Positions 28,983 to 40,953 of a DNA stretch of 64,000 nucleotides are shown in pieces. Location of the stretch: the sequence record MH560358. One strand, written 5' to 3'. Numbering within the stretch: position 1 is the stretch's first letter; the number at the start of each line of letters is the position of its first letter. Position numbers and translations under genes: made by a program. The stretch comes from Escherichia virus KFS-EC. The notes under the pieces were generated by a model that saw only the letters and a program-made list of their open reading frames with translations, did not search any database and had not been told where the DNA came from.

Positions 28983-29816
28983 ATGTTCGGTTGGCACTAT
29001 AATTCGTCAATTAGACGGTATATTGTATTGCTGGGTAATTTATTCTCCGGCGTACAAATTAAAAGGGTGCGTAGTGACGGTGAGCGGTTTATTAAAGTTC
29101 CTATCACCTACGCAAAGAAAGAAAAATTCATGATGAGTCTGGACAAATATAACAATATCTCAAGTGAGGAAGACGTAGCAAAGGTAGAAACTATTTTACC
29201 GCGCATGTGTCTTTCTTTGATTGATATGACATACGCCCAGAACTTTAAAACCAATATTGCAAATAAGACAGTTCCAAAATATACGGCTGATGGAATAAGG
29301 AGCGTAACACAATATAACCCCGTACCATATAAGTTTACCTTCGAGTTGGGGATTTATACACGTAACGAAGATGATATGTTTCAGATAATTGAACAGATTC
29401 TTCCTTACTTCCAGCCTCATTTTAACTGTAAGATTAAAGAACTACACGGTAATGATGTATGGATTGATCGAGATATTCAGGTCACAATTAGTTCTATTAC
29501 TCCAGATGAACAGGTAGGCGAAGATAAGTTTTCTCGTCGTCGTCTTGAGTGGACCATTATGTTTGAGTTCATCGGGTTTATCTATCCTCCAGCTACCGAC
29601 GTTAAGGGGGAAATCAGAACGATTTATCTTGATTTTCATGCTAATTCTCGTGAATTAAATCCTAGCGGTAATTTTGAATCGGTGGACCATGAAGTTGTTA
29701 AACGTGACGTCGAGCAAGAAGAATGGGATGGAACTGTCAAAGAATCATATTCTAGTGATATTCCAATACCAGTTGCACCAACTCCACCGGGTCCACGTAT
29801 TGTAAGAGAATTTTAA
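28983..29816 (+). CDS. 15: tail sheath stabiliser / tail terminator gp15
   Basis: Start at MFGWHYNSSIRRY (AGGGGG SD), similar to recalled T4 gp15 N-terminus. Confidence 0.75.
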   Translation: MFGWHYNSSIRRYIVLLGNLFSGVQIKRVRSDGERFIKVPITYAKKEKFMMSLDKYNNISSEEDVAKVETILPRMCLSLIDMTYAQNFKTNIANKTVPKYTADGIRSVTQYNPVPYKFTFELGIYTRNEDDMFQIIEQILPYFQPHFNCKIKELHGNDVWIDRDIQVTISSITPDEQVGEDKFSRRRLEWTIMFEFIGFIYPPATDVKGEIRTIYLDFHANSRELNPSGNFESVDHEVVKRDVEQEEWDGTVKESYSSDIPIPVAPTPPGPRIVREF

Positions 29817-29829
29817 GAGGTAATTTATT

Positions 29830-32150
<2,321 letters not shown>

Positions 32151-32181
32151 CGATAATGCATAAAAAGATGAGGAAATTCTA

Positions 32182-34185
32182 ATGACTCTATTATCACCGG
32201 GTTTCGAAACGAAAGAAACTACTCTCTCCACTACCATTGTGCAATCTGCGACTGGTCGCGCTGCACTGGTAGGTAAATTCCAATGGGGTCCAGCTTTCCA
32301 GATTATTCAAGTAACTAATGAAGTTGAATTAGTTAATAAATTTGGTCAGCCGGATAATAACACCGCAGACTATTTCATGAGCGGGGCTAACTTCCTCCAG
32401 TATGGCAATGACCTGCGTGTTGTTCGTGTATTGAATAAAGAAAAAGCGAAAAACGCAACTGCCCTAGCTGGTAACGTCGAGTTTGAAATCACAAACGAAG
32501 GTTCAAACTATGAAGTAGGCGATACCATCAAGATTAAACATAACCGTCAAGATATTGAAACGGCTGGTAAAGTAACTAAAGTTGATGGTGATGGTAAAGT
32601 TAAGGGCGTATTTATCCCAACTGGTAAAATTATCGCTCACGCTAAAGCAATCGGTGTATATCCAGAACTTGATGGCGGTTGGACGGCAGAGTTCACTTCT
32701 TCGTCAGGTAACGGTAGTGCGGCGCTGTCAGTAACTAAAATTGTTACTGATTCCGGTCTTCTGTTAACGGATCTGGAAACTTCCCGCGCCAATATCACAA
32801 ATCAGACTTTCTTGACTAAACTCCAGAAGTATGATATGCCAGCGGTAAGCGCGATCTATGCTGGTGAGATTGGCAACTCGCTGGAAGTTGAAATTCTGGC
32901 ACGTAGCGCGTTCAGTGGCGCGGTAGCACCTGAATTAACTATGTATCCGTTCGGCGGAACTCGTGCCGCAGCACGCAACCTGATTCCATATGCACCGCAG
33001 AATGATAATCAATATGCATTTATTGTTCGTCGCGATGGTGTTGTGGTAGAATCCTATGTACTGTCTACTCTGAAAGGGGATAAAGACGTATACGGCAATT
33101 CTATCTACATGGACGACTTCTTTGCTCGTGGTTCTAGCCAGTACATCTATGCAACCGCTCAAGGGTGGGTAGATGGTTTCAGTGGTATTATCTCTCTTGC
33201 TGGTGGTGTTTCTGCTAACGAAGCAACGACTGGTGGAGTTGGTGCTGATCCGTTCATCGGTGCGATGATGCAAGGTTGGGATCTGTTTGCTGAACGAGAA
33301 TCTATTCACGTAAACCTGTTGATCGCTGGTGCATGTGCTGGCGAAGGCGATGCGTTCTCTACCGTACAGAAACATGCTGTTTCCATCGGTGATGAGCGTC
33401 AGGATTGCTTAGTAATGGTTTCTCCGCCGCGTAGCACTGTTGTTAATATTCCGGTGACTACCGCAATTGATAACCTGATTGCATGGCGCGAAGGTTCAGG
33501 AAACTATAATGAAAACAACATGAACATTAATACCACTTACGCGGTTATTGATGGTAACTACAAATATCAGTATGACAAATACAACGACGTAAACCGTTGG
33601 GTTCCGTTGGCTGCTGATATTGCTGGTTTGTGCGCTCGCACTGATGCTGTATCCCAGCCGTGGATGAGTCCGGCAGGTTATAACCGTGGTCAGATCATGA
33701 ACGTGGTTAAACTGGCAATTGAGCCTCGCAAGGCGCACCGCGATCGTCTGTATCAGGCCGCAATTAACCCGGTAATCGGTGCTGGTGGTGAAGGGTTTAT
33801 CCTGATGGGTGATAAAACCGCTACGACTGTTCCTAGCCCGTTTGACCGCATTAACGTTCGTCGTCTGTTTAACATGCTGAAAAAGAATATCGGCGATTCA
33901 AGCAAATACAAACTGTTTGAAAACAACGATAACTTTACTCGCGCTTCCTTCCGTATGGAGGTTTCGCAATATCTCAGCACGATTCGCTCTCTGGGTGGCA
34001 TTTATGACTTCCGAGTACAATGCGACACCACGAATAACACGCCGGATGTAATTGATCGTAACGAATTTGTTGCTAGTATGTTCATCAAACCAGCAAAATC
34101 GATCAACTATATCATGCTCAATTTCACTGCTGTTGCAACTGGTTCTGATTTTGACGAAATTATCGGTCCAGCTAACCAGGCATAA
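32182..34185 (+). CDS. 18: tail sheath protein gp18
   Basis: 667 aa, position and size. Confidence 0.9.
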   Translation: MTLLSPGFETKETTLSTTIVQSATGRAALVGKFQWGPAFQIIQVTNEVELVNKFGQPDNNTADYFMSGANFLQYGNDLRVVRVLNKEKAKNATALAGNVEFEITNEGSNYEVGDTIKIKHNRQDIETAGKVTKVDGDGKVKGVFIPTGKIIAHAKAIGVYPELDGGWTAEFTSSSGNGSAALSVTKIVTDSGLLLTDLETSRANITNQTFLTKLQKYDMPAVSAIYAGEIGNSLEVEILARSAFSGAVAPELTMYPFGGTRAAARNLIPYAPQNDNQYAFIVRRDGVVVESYVLSTLKGDKDVYGNSIYMDDFFARGSSQYIYATAQGWVDGFSGIISLAGGVSANEATTGGVGADPFIGAMMQGWDLFAERESIHVNLLIAGACAGEGDAFSTVQKHAVSIGDERQDCLVMVSPPRSTVVNIPVTTAIDNLIAWREGSGNYNENNMNINTTYAVIDGNYKYQYDKYNDVNRWVPLAADIAGLCARTDAVSQPWMSPAGYNRGQIMNVVKLAIEPRKAHRDRLYQAAINPVIGAGGEGFILMGDKTATTVPSPFDRINVRRLFNMLKKNIGDSSKYKLFENNDNFTRASFRMEVSQYLSTIRSLGGIYDFRVQCDTTNNTPDVIDRNEFVASMFIKPAKSINYIMLNFTAVATGSDFDEIIGPANQA

Positions 34186-34258
34186 TCAGTAAATTAGCAT
34201 AGATTAAAAGTTAAATCAAGCGGGGAGAAAATCCCCGCTCTATTAAGGAATATCAATT

Positions 34259-34753
34259 ATGGCACTCGATTTGAATGATATTACACGCGGTTTCGAGTCT
34301 GGCGATTTTGCTCGTCCTAACCTGTTTGAAGTTGAGATCCCGTATCTGGGGCAAAACTTTAAGCTGATGTGTAAGGCTGCGACTGTCCCGGCTGCTACCG
34401 TAGAAAAAATTGCTATAGGCTATCAAAACCGTAAAATTAACATCGCTGGCGACCGTGTATACGACGACTGGACCATCACTGTATTCAACGATGACGCACA
34501 CAAGATCCGTGATGCTATCGTTGCATGGAGCGATCAGACACACGGCACTGGTTCGGCGATCACGGGTGCAACTCCTGCACAATATAAGAAACAAGCTATT
34601 GTTCGTCAACTTAACCGTAACACCGAATCAACTAGCGAAAAAACATTGTACGGTATTTTCCCGACCAACGTTGGTGAAGTAACCCTCGATTGGGAACAAA
34701 ACAACGAAGTTGAAACGTTTGAAGTTACTTTTGCTATCGATTGGGTAGAATAA
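34259..34753 (+). CDS. 19: tail tube protein gp19
   Basis: 164 aa, follows the sheath gene; hairpins flank it. Confidence 0.85.
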   Translation: MALDLNDITRGFESGDFARPNLFEVEIPYLGQNFKLMCKAATVPAATVEKIAIGYQNRKINIAGDRVYDDWTITVFNDDAHKIRDAIVAWSDQTHGTGSAITGATPAQYKKQAIVRQLNRNTESTSEKTLYGIFPTNVGEVTLDWEQNNEVETFEVTFAIDWVE

Positions 34754-34811
34754 ATATATTATCATGCGGGGAGAAGTTCCCCGCCTAATTTCTCCCAATT
34801 CGAGGTGAATA

Positions 34812-36377
34812 ATGTTTAGTAGATTAAAAATGCTTGCGCGTTGGGCTGATTTTGACAACGACAAATACGAAGAACAAATTAAAGATAAAGCAGAGTCTAT
34901 CGCCGCACCTAAAAACAATGATGGTGCTACGGAAGTAGAAATTAATGATAATTTACCTGCTAGCGCGTGGAACTCTCTTACCCAGCAATTTTACAGCACC
35001 GACCAGAAAATCAGCACAACTAAGCAATTAGTTAACACATATCGCGGTTTGATGAATAACCATGAAGTCGAAAACGCTGTACAAAATATCGTTAACGATG
35101 CGATTGTATTTGAAGAAGGTCATGAAGTTGTTTCATTAAATCTTGAGGCGACTGGCTTTAGTGAATCTGTAAAAGAGCGCATTCATGAAGAATTTAAAGA
35201 TCTTTTAAACACTATCCAGTTTGATAGGCGCGGTCAGGATATGTTCCGTCGCTGGTATGTCGATTCGCGTATTTTCTTCCATAAAATCATCGGCAAAAAT
35301 CCAAAAGATGGTATCGTAGAATTACGCCAGCTTGACCCACGTAATCTTGAATACGTTCGAGAGATCATTACAGAAGACACACCGGAAGGTAAAATTTATA
35401 AAGCAACGAAAGAATATTTCATTTACACTGTAGGCAATAGCTCTTATTGCGCAGGTGGTCAAGTATTCTCTCCTAATAGTCGCGTTAAAATCCCGCGTAG
35501 TGCTATTACATACGCTCACAGCGGCTTGATGGATTGTGATGATAAATATATCATTGGTTATTTGCATCGGGCTGTTAAGCCAGCAAACCAGCTTAAATTG
35601 TTGGAAGACGCAATGGTCGTTTATCGTATCACGCGTGCACCGGAACGCCGAGTGTTCTTTATTGATACCGGAAACATGAACAACCGCAAGGCTGCACAGC
35701 ACATGAACTCAGTGGCACAGTCTTTTAAAAACCGCGTTGTTTATGATGCATCGACTGGTAAACTTAAAAACCAGCAAGCAAATCTATCAATGACAGAGGA
35801 CTACTGGTTACAGCGTCGAGATGGTAAAGCAATAACCGACGTTACTACTTTACCCGGTGCATCCGGTATGAGTGATATCGATGATATTCGCTACTTTAAC
35901 CGTAAATTGTATGAAGCGTTGCGTGTACCATTGTCACGCAGTAATCTCTCCGATGCTAATATGGTGATCGGTGGTGACGGTTCAGAAATTACTCGCGATG
36001 AGTTGGAATTTTCGAAATTCATTAGAACTCTGCAATCACAGTTTTCGGAAGTATTGCGCGATCCTCTGAAATATAATCTGATTCTCAAAAATGTAATTAC
36101 GGAAGACGATTGGGATCGTGAAATAAATAATATCAAGGTGGTTTTCCATCGGGACTCTTATTATACAGAAGTTAAAGACGCGGAAATTTTAGAACGTCGA
36201 ATCGGTCTAATCGAACGTATTACACCTTACATTGGTAAATATTTCTCTAACCAGACAGTGATGCGTGACATTCTGAAATATACCGATGACCAGATGGACA
36301 CCGAGAAGAAACAGATCGAAGAAGAAGCGAACGATCCGCGCTTTAAACAAACTCCCGATGAAATAGAGGATTTTTAA
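34812..36377 (+). CDS. 20: portal vertex protein gp20
   Basis: 521 aa, position upstream of the prohead core genes. Confidence 0.85.
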   Translation: MFSRLKMLARWADFDNDKYEEQIKDKAESIAAPKNNDGATEVEINDNLPASAWNSLTQQFYSTDQKISTTKQLVNTYRGLMNNHEVENAVQNIVNDAIVFEEGHEVVSLNLEATGFSESVKERIHEEFKDLLNTIQFDRRGQDMFRRWYVDSRIFFHKIIGKNPKDGIVELRQLDPRNLEYVREIITEDTPEGKIYKATKEYFIYTVGNSSYCAGGQVFSPNSRVKIPRSAITYAHSGLMDCDDKYIIGYLHRAVKPANQLKLLEDAMVVYRITRAPERRVFFIDTGNMNNRKAAQHMNSVAQSFKNRVVYDASTGKLKNQQANLSMTEDYWLQRRDGKAITDVTTLPGASGMSDIDDIRYFNRKLYEALRVPLSRSNLSDANMVIGGDGSEITRDELEFSKFIRTLQSQFSEVLRDPLKYNLILKNVITEDDWDREINNIKVVFHRDSYYTEVKDAEILERRIGLIERITPYIGKYFSNQTVMRDILKYTDDQMDTEKKQIEEEANDPRFKQTPDEIEDF

Positions 36378-36617
36378 ATGAAACAATTTATCGAAGCAAT
36401 TAAAACTCGCGATCTAACGCTGATCGAAAAAGAATTTGATAAGATCATGGAGGCTAAAAAAGCCCAGATCATCGAATCACAGCGTGTCGAAATCGCATCC
36501 AGTATCATGATCGAAGGTGAAGAAGAAAAAGACCGCGATGATGAAGATATGGATTATGAGGACGACGAAGACGAAGATCGCAAAGACGATAAAAAAGATA
36601 AAGAAGACGACGAATAA
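36378..36617 (+). CDS. 67: prohead core protein gp67
   Basis: 79 aa with highly acidic C-terminal tail (DDEDMDYEDDEDEDRKDD...). Confidence 0.7.
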   Translation: MKQFIEAIKTRDLTLIEKEFDKIMEAKKAQIIESQRVEIASSIMIEGEEEKDRDDEDMDYEDDEDEDRKDDKKDKEDDE

Positions 36618-36629
36618 TAGGAAGCCAAC

Positions 36630-37037
36630 ATGATTAAAGATTTTACTCCTAAAGCTGACTTAGAAACTTTTCTGCCGGAAGCACAGGAAAAATTGGACAT
36701 GTTGGCTATGTTTGAGTCAGAAGAACTATTGAAAATCGTTGAAGGTATCTCCGAGGATGAGCCGGAACTGGCGGTAGCAATGCTGTCTATCATCGACGGA
36801 ATTACTGTAAATGAAGCAATGGTTAAACATGTAAACGCACGCGGGGAAGTTGCACGTAAGAAAGATCGCAAAACCCGTGAGCGTAATGCTTACATGACTA
36901 CTGGCCTAAGCAAAGCTAAACGCCGTCAAATTGCCCGTCGTGCTGCAAAAACCAAACGTGCAAATCCATCTATCGAACGTCATGCGGAACGTAAGCGCAA
37001 AAAAGCAATGCGTAAACGTAAGGCGTTAGGATTATAA
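36630..37037 (+). CDS. 68: prohead core protein gp68
   Basis: 135 aa with basic C-terminus; position. Confidence 0.65.
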   Translation: MIKDFTPKADLETFLPEAQEKLDMLAMFESEELLKIVEGISEDEPELAVAMLSIIDGITVNEAMVKHVNARGEVARKKDRKTRERNAYMTTGLSKAKRRQIARRAAKTKRANPSIERHAERKRKKAMRKRKALGL

Positions 37038-37048
37038 CAGGAAACAAC

Positions 37049-37744
37049 ATGGAAAAGAACGAATTACTGATCGAACAATGGGGCGTTCCTTGTGCTCGCG
37101 GTAGTTCGTCATTGCTTGAATCATTTGATGATAAGGCTACAGGAAATCTCTATATTCAAGGGATTTTCCTGCAAGCCGAAACGGTAAACCGCAATAAACG
37201 CTGGTATCCTCGCAGTGTTCTAGAAAATGCGGTTACTAAATACATACATGAACAAGTTGAGACACATCAAGCTCTAGGCGAACTTAATCACCCAGCAAGA
37301 GCAATGCCAGATCCATCTAATGCTTGCATCATAATTGAAAAATTATGGTGGGAAGGTAATAACGTGATGGGTAAAGCCCGTGTTATTGAAGGGGATAAAG
37401 GCGCAGGTGATAAACTTGCTGCACTGATTCGCGCTGGCTGGATTCCTGGCGTTTCCTCCCGTGGGTTGGGTCGGTTGAAAGACTCTGGTCGCGGATACAA
37501 TATTGTACAGGAAGGTTTTGTGTTGACGGTTGGTGTTGATGTTGTATGGGGTCCGAGCGCACCTGATGCGTGGGTAACTCCTGTTGTTGAGTCAACGGAT
37601 AGCGATTCTAGCGCGTCAGACGCACCAGAAAGCGATAAAACCGAAAAAGTGACTAACCCTACAGCCTCACAACAAAACATCGTAGAATTGAATAATAGCG
37701 CGTTTATGGCGCTCGCAGAAGCGTTATCTAAACGCTATAAATAA
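37049..37744 (+). CDS. 21: prohead core protease gp21
   Basis: LIEQWGVP..., ALGELNHP, GDKLAALIRAGWIPGVSSRGLG closely match the recalled T4 gp21. Confidence 0.9.
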   Translation: MEKNELLIEQWGVPCARGSSSLLESFDDKATGNLYIQGIFLQAETVNRNKRWYPRSVLENAVTKYIHEQVETHQALGELNHPARAMPDPSNACIIIEKLWWEGNNVMGKARVIEGDKGAGDKLAALIRAGWIPGVSSRGLGRLKDSGRGYNIVQEGFVLTVGVDVVWGPSAPDAWVTPVVESTDSDSSASDAPESDKTEKVTNPTASQQNIVELNNSAFMALAEALSKRYK

Positions 37745-37775
37745 TAACGTCGTTATCAACAAGAAGGTTATAACC

Positions 37776-38570
37776 ATGCTTAAAGAAATGCTGCTCGAAG
37801 AAGCAAAACAGATCACCGTAGACGTTGCTCTCGATGACCTGTTTGAATCCGTCGAACTGTCGCCGGAAGTAAAAGAAAATTTTGGTACTATCTACGCTCA
37901 GGCGGTAAAAGCTAATGCTGTTGCTCTGGCAGAAAGCCACATTGAAAAAATCGCCGCTAAAGCCGATGAACTGGTAGAATCAAAGGTCGAAGAAGCACGC
38001 ACCGAGATTGAAACCAAACTGTACGAAGATGCAGATAAATTCCTGAATCACTTAGGCGCTAAATGGCTGGCAGAAAATAAAGAAGCCGTTACCCGTAATA
38101 TTAAAGCGGATCTGTGCGAATCCCTGATTGGTTCTCTGAAAGATGTTTTCGTTACTCACAATGTTGTAGTACCGGAAGAATCTGTAGACGTTGTTGCTGA
38201 ACTTGACGAAGCACTCAAAGAAGAAAAAGAAAAAACCTCTGAACTCTTTGATGCCAAACTGCAACTTGAAAGCGAAATTCGTGGCATGAAGCGCGAACAA
38301 GCGATCAATGAAAGCACTCGTGATCTTTCCGATACTCAGAAAGAAAAAGTAACCGCGCTGATTGAAGGTCTGGAATATAGCGAAACTTTCGATAAGAAAT
38401 TAACTGCAATTGTCGAAATGGTTGCTAAGAAAGAAGACAAACCAGCGAAGATTGAAGAATCACTAAATACTGATGCCGACAAGCTGAATGTTATTGCAGA
38501 AGCTGTCGAAGAATCAGAGAAAAAGGCAACTGTAGATTCCGGCGTATCCCGCTACCTGAATTTCATCTAA
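37776..38570 (+). CDS. 22: prohead core scaffold protein gp22
   Basis: 264 aa, acidic coiled-coil-like. Confidence 0.8.
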   Translation: MLKEMLLEEAKQITVDVALDDLFESVELSPEVKENFGTIYAQAVKANAVALAESHIEKIAAKADELVESKVEEARTEIETKLYEDADKFLNHLGAKWLAENKEAVTRNIKADLCESLIGSLKDVFVTHNVVVPEESVDVVAELDEALKEEKEKTSELFDAKLQLESEIRGMKREQAINESTRDLSDTQKEKVTALIEGLEYSETFDKKLTAIVEMVAKKEDKPAKIEESLNTDADKLNVIAEAVEESEKKATVDSGVSRYLNFI

Positions 38571-38588
38571 TGTAATTCAAATCTACTT

Positions 38589-38596
38589 TATAAATA
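38589..38596 (+). promoter_or_regulatory. T4-type late promoter (TATAAATA)
   Basis: Exact TATAAATA about 34 nt upstream of the gp23 ATG. Confidence 0.65.
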
Positions 38597-38629
38597 CTTT
38601 AGGTTAACAACAAACAAGGTTTAAAGAAC

Positions 38630-40216
38630 ATGAAAACTACCAAAGAACTGATGGAAAAATGGTCCCCGCTGCTGGAAAACGAAAAACTGCCGGAAATCGC
38701 AACTGCGTCTAAGCAGAAACTGGTTGCTAAAATTCTGGAATCTCAGGAAGCGGATTTTGCTGTAGACCCGATCTATAAGGATGAAAAAGTTGTTGAAGCA
38801 TTCGGTGGCTTTATCGCAGAAGCCGAAGTTGCTGGCGACCACGGTTATGACGCATCTCAGATCGCGGCTGGTCAGACTACTGGTGCAATCACCAACGTAG
38901 GTCCGGCTGTTATCGGTATGGTTCGCCGTGCTATTCCTAACCTGATCGCATTTGATATTTGTGGCGTTCAGCCGATGAGCACTCCGACTAGCCAGATCTT
39001 TGCAATCCGTTCTGTATACGGTCCAGATCCGCTGAAATCTGGTGCTCGCGAAGCATTCCATCCGATGTATGCACCTGATGCGTTCCATAGCTCTCTTGCT
39101 GCTAAAGGTGCAACTGTAGGTTCACCAACTGGTACTGCATTCGCTAAACTAACTCTCAGCACTCCGATTGAAGCAGGTGATATTGTACACCACACCTTCG
39201 CAGAAACTGGCATTGCATATCTGCAAAACGTTACCGCAGGACAAGTAACCCCGACCCAAGCTGGCAGCGAGTCAGATGATGAAGTTGTCATGAAGCTGAT
39301 GGAAGAAGGTAAACTGGCTGAAATCGCTTTCGGTATGGCTACTTCCATTGCCGAAATTCAGGAAGGCTTTAACGGTTCCAGCAATAACCCGTGGGCTGAA
39401 ATGTCAATGCGTATTGACAAACAGGTTGTTGAAGCGAAATCTCGCCAACTGAAAGCCCGTTACTCTATCGAAGTTGCGCAGGATCTGCGTGCTGTACACG
39501 GTATGGATGCTGACGCTGAACTGAATGCTATCCTGGCTAACGAAGTTCTGCTGGAAATCAACCGTGAAATCGTTGACGTCATCAACTTTACCGCTCAGGT
39601 TGGTAAGACTGGTATGACTCAGACCGTTGGTTCTAAAGCTGGTGTATTTGACCTGCAAGATCCGATCGATACTCGCGGTGCTCGTTGGGCTGGTGAATCC
39701 TTCAAATCTCTGATCTACCAGATCGACAAAGAAGCTGCTGAAATCGCTCGTCAGACTGGTCGCGGTGCTGGTAACTTTGTTATCGCTTCCCGTAACGTTG
39801 TAAACATTCTGGCTTCTGCTGATCAGGGTATCAGTCTTGCTATGCAGGGTGCTGCAAAAGGTCTGAATACCGACACCACTAAAGCTGTTTTCGCTGGTGT
39901 TCTGGCTGGTAAGTACAAAGTATTCATCGACCAGTATGCTCGTCAGGACTACTTCACCGTAGGTTACAAAGGCGATAACGAAATGGATGCTGGTATCTAC
40001 TATGCTCCGTATGTTGCTCTGACTCCGCTGCGTGCAACTGATCCGCAGTCTTTCCACCCGGTTCTGGGCTTCAAGACTCGCTACGGCATCGGTATTAACC
40101 CGTTTGCAGACAGCAAATCCCAGGCACCGTCCGCTCGCATCACCTCCGGTATGTTGAGCAAAGACAGCGTAGGTAAAAACGCATACTTCCGTCGTGTATG
40201 GGTTAAAGGTTGCTAA
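38630..40216 (+). CDS. 23: major capsid protein gp23
   Basis: LPEIA, GDHGYDASQIAAGQTTGAITNVGPAVIGMVRRAIPNLIAFDICGVQPM closely match the recalled T4 gp23. Confidence 0.95.
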   Translation: MKTTKELMEKWSPLLENEKLPEIATASKQKLVAKILESQEADFAVDPIYKDEKVVEAFGGFIAEAEVAGDHGYDASQIAAGQTTGAITNVGPAVIGMVRRAIPNLIAFDICGVQPMSTPTSQIFAIRSVYGPDPLKSGAREAFHPMYAPDAFHSSLAAKGATVGSPTGTAFAKLTLSTPIEAGDIVHHTFAETGIAYLQNVTAGQVTPTQAGSESDDEVVMKLMEEGKLAEIAFGMATSIAEIQEGFNGSSNNPWAEMSMRIDKQVVEAKSRQLKARYSIEVAQDLRAVHGMDADAELNAILANEVLLEINREIVDVINFTAQVGKTGMTQTVGSKAGVFDLQDPIDTRGARWAGESFKSLIYQIDKEAAEIARQTGRGAGNFVIASRNVVNILASADQGISLAMQGAAKGLNTDTTKAVFAGVLAGKYKVFIDQYARQDYFTVGYKGDNEMDAGIYYAPYVALTPLRATDPQSFHPVLGFKTRYGIGINPFADSKSQAPSARITSGMLSKDSVGKNAYFRRVWVKGC

Positions 40217-40302
40217 TATAAGCCAATTCCTGAAAAACTCCGGTCGGGTGAAATACCCGACTTATCATAAACCTTATGACAGTGTAAAGTGTTAATTCCA
40301 AA

Positions 40303-40331
40303 GGGAAGACTCGAAAGGGTCTTCCCTTTTT
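40303..40331 (+). terminator. intrinsic terminator after gp23
   Basis: GGAAGAC-TCGAAAGG-GTCTTCC hairpin + T-run. Confidence 0.7.
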
Positions 40332-40347
40332 GCGTATTATAACCTGT

Positions 40348-40355
40348 TATAAATA
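40348..40355 (+). promoter_or_regulatory. late-promoter-like TATAAATA
   Basis: Exact TATAAATA at the start of the 23-24 intergenic region. Confidence 0.4.
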
Positions 40356-40716
40356 AGGTTGCAAGCCTATATTCTATTGGGAGCGAAAATCGATACACAC
40401 AACAAAGACAGGAAGATGCGGAACATCGGTGGGTTGCTAGCCTAAATCCGGTGGATATGATATGTGATTTCTTTTGATGCTGGATTTATTAAAACACAAC
40501 AAACAATTCCACCAATTTTCGTAGTAACTGCATGGCAAAGGGACCAATGAATGAAATGAGCGTTCATGTTGATATTGGGTCGGATAGATTTGGTAGATAT
40601 ACAGATCTGGTGTATGCCGACCTTGTTATGACATTCCAGCGTGACGCTAGCGATAATTTTTGGTTTTGGTACGCTGTTCCCTGAATTAACCCAAAATTCT
40701 CCATAAGGAGGAATGC

Positions 40717-40869
40717 ATGAGTAAGAAAGAAAACAGCTATGTTATGACTCGTAAGGAATACAACGAATTGATGTTAGCATTAGCTTATGCAATTATTCGT
40801 TCTGATCATGCAATTAATCTGGTAAACAAAGTTAACCGTAGCGTTGATAATGTTTCTAGGAAGAAGTAA
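40717..40869 (+). CDS. small hypothetical protein (50 aa, MSKKENSYVMTRKEYNELM...)
   Basis: Below track cutoff; strong TAAGGAGG SD upstream and a hairpin + T-run terminator directly downstream. Confidence 0.5.
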   Translation: MSKKENSYVMTRKEYNELMLALAYAIIRSDHAINLVNKVNRSVDNVSRKK

Positions 40870-40879
40870 GTTTATTTTT

Positions 40880-40906
40880 GGAATCCTTCGGATTCCTTTT
40901 TCTTTT
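40880..40906 (+). terminator. intrinsic terminator
   Basis: GGAATCC-TTC-GGATTCC hairpin + T-run. Confidence 0.65.
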
Positions 40907-40908
40907 TG

Positions 40909-40916
40909 TATAAATA
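40909..40916 (+). promoter_or_regulatory. T4-type late promoter (TATAAATA)
   Basis: Exact TATAAATA 38 nt upstream of the gp24 ATG at 40954. Confidence 0.6.
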
Positions 40917-40953
40917 TGATATATCCATTAAGGCAAATACAGGATTCATAAGC

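Noticed and set aside
37288-40057. Minus-strand ORFs antisense to gp21 and gp23 (37288-37680, 38621-39088, 38968-39348, 39404-40057)
   Set aside because: Antisense to highly conserved capsid genes; composition-driven open frames.
40906-40953. Track start of gp24 at 40906
   Set aside because: That ATG lies inside the TATAAATA late promoter; the ATG at 40954 gives an N-terminus matching the recalled T4 gp24 N-terminus.
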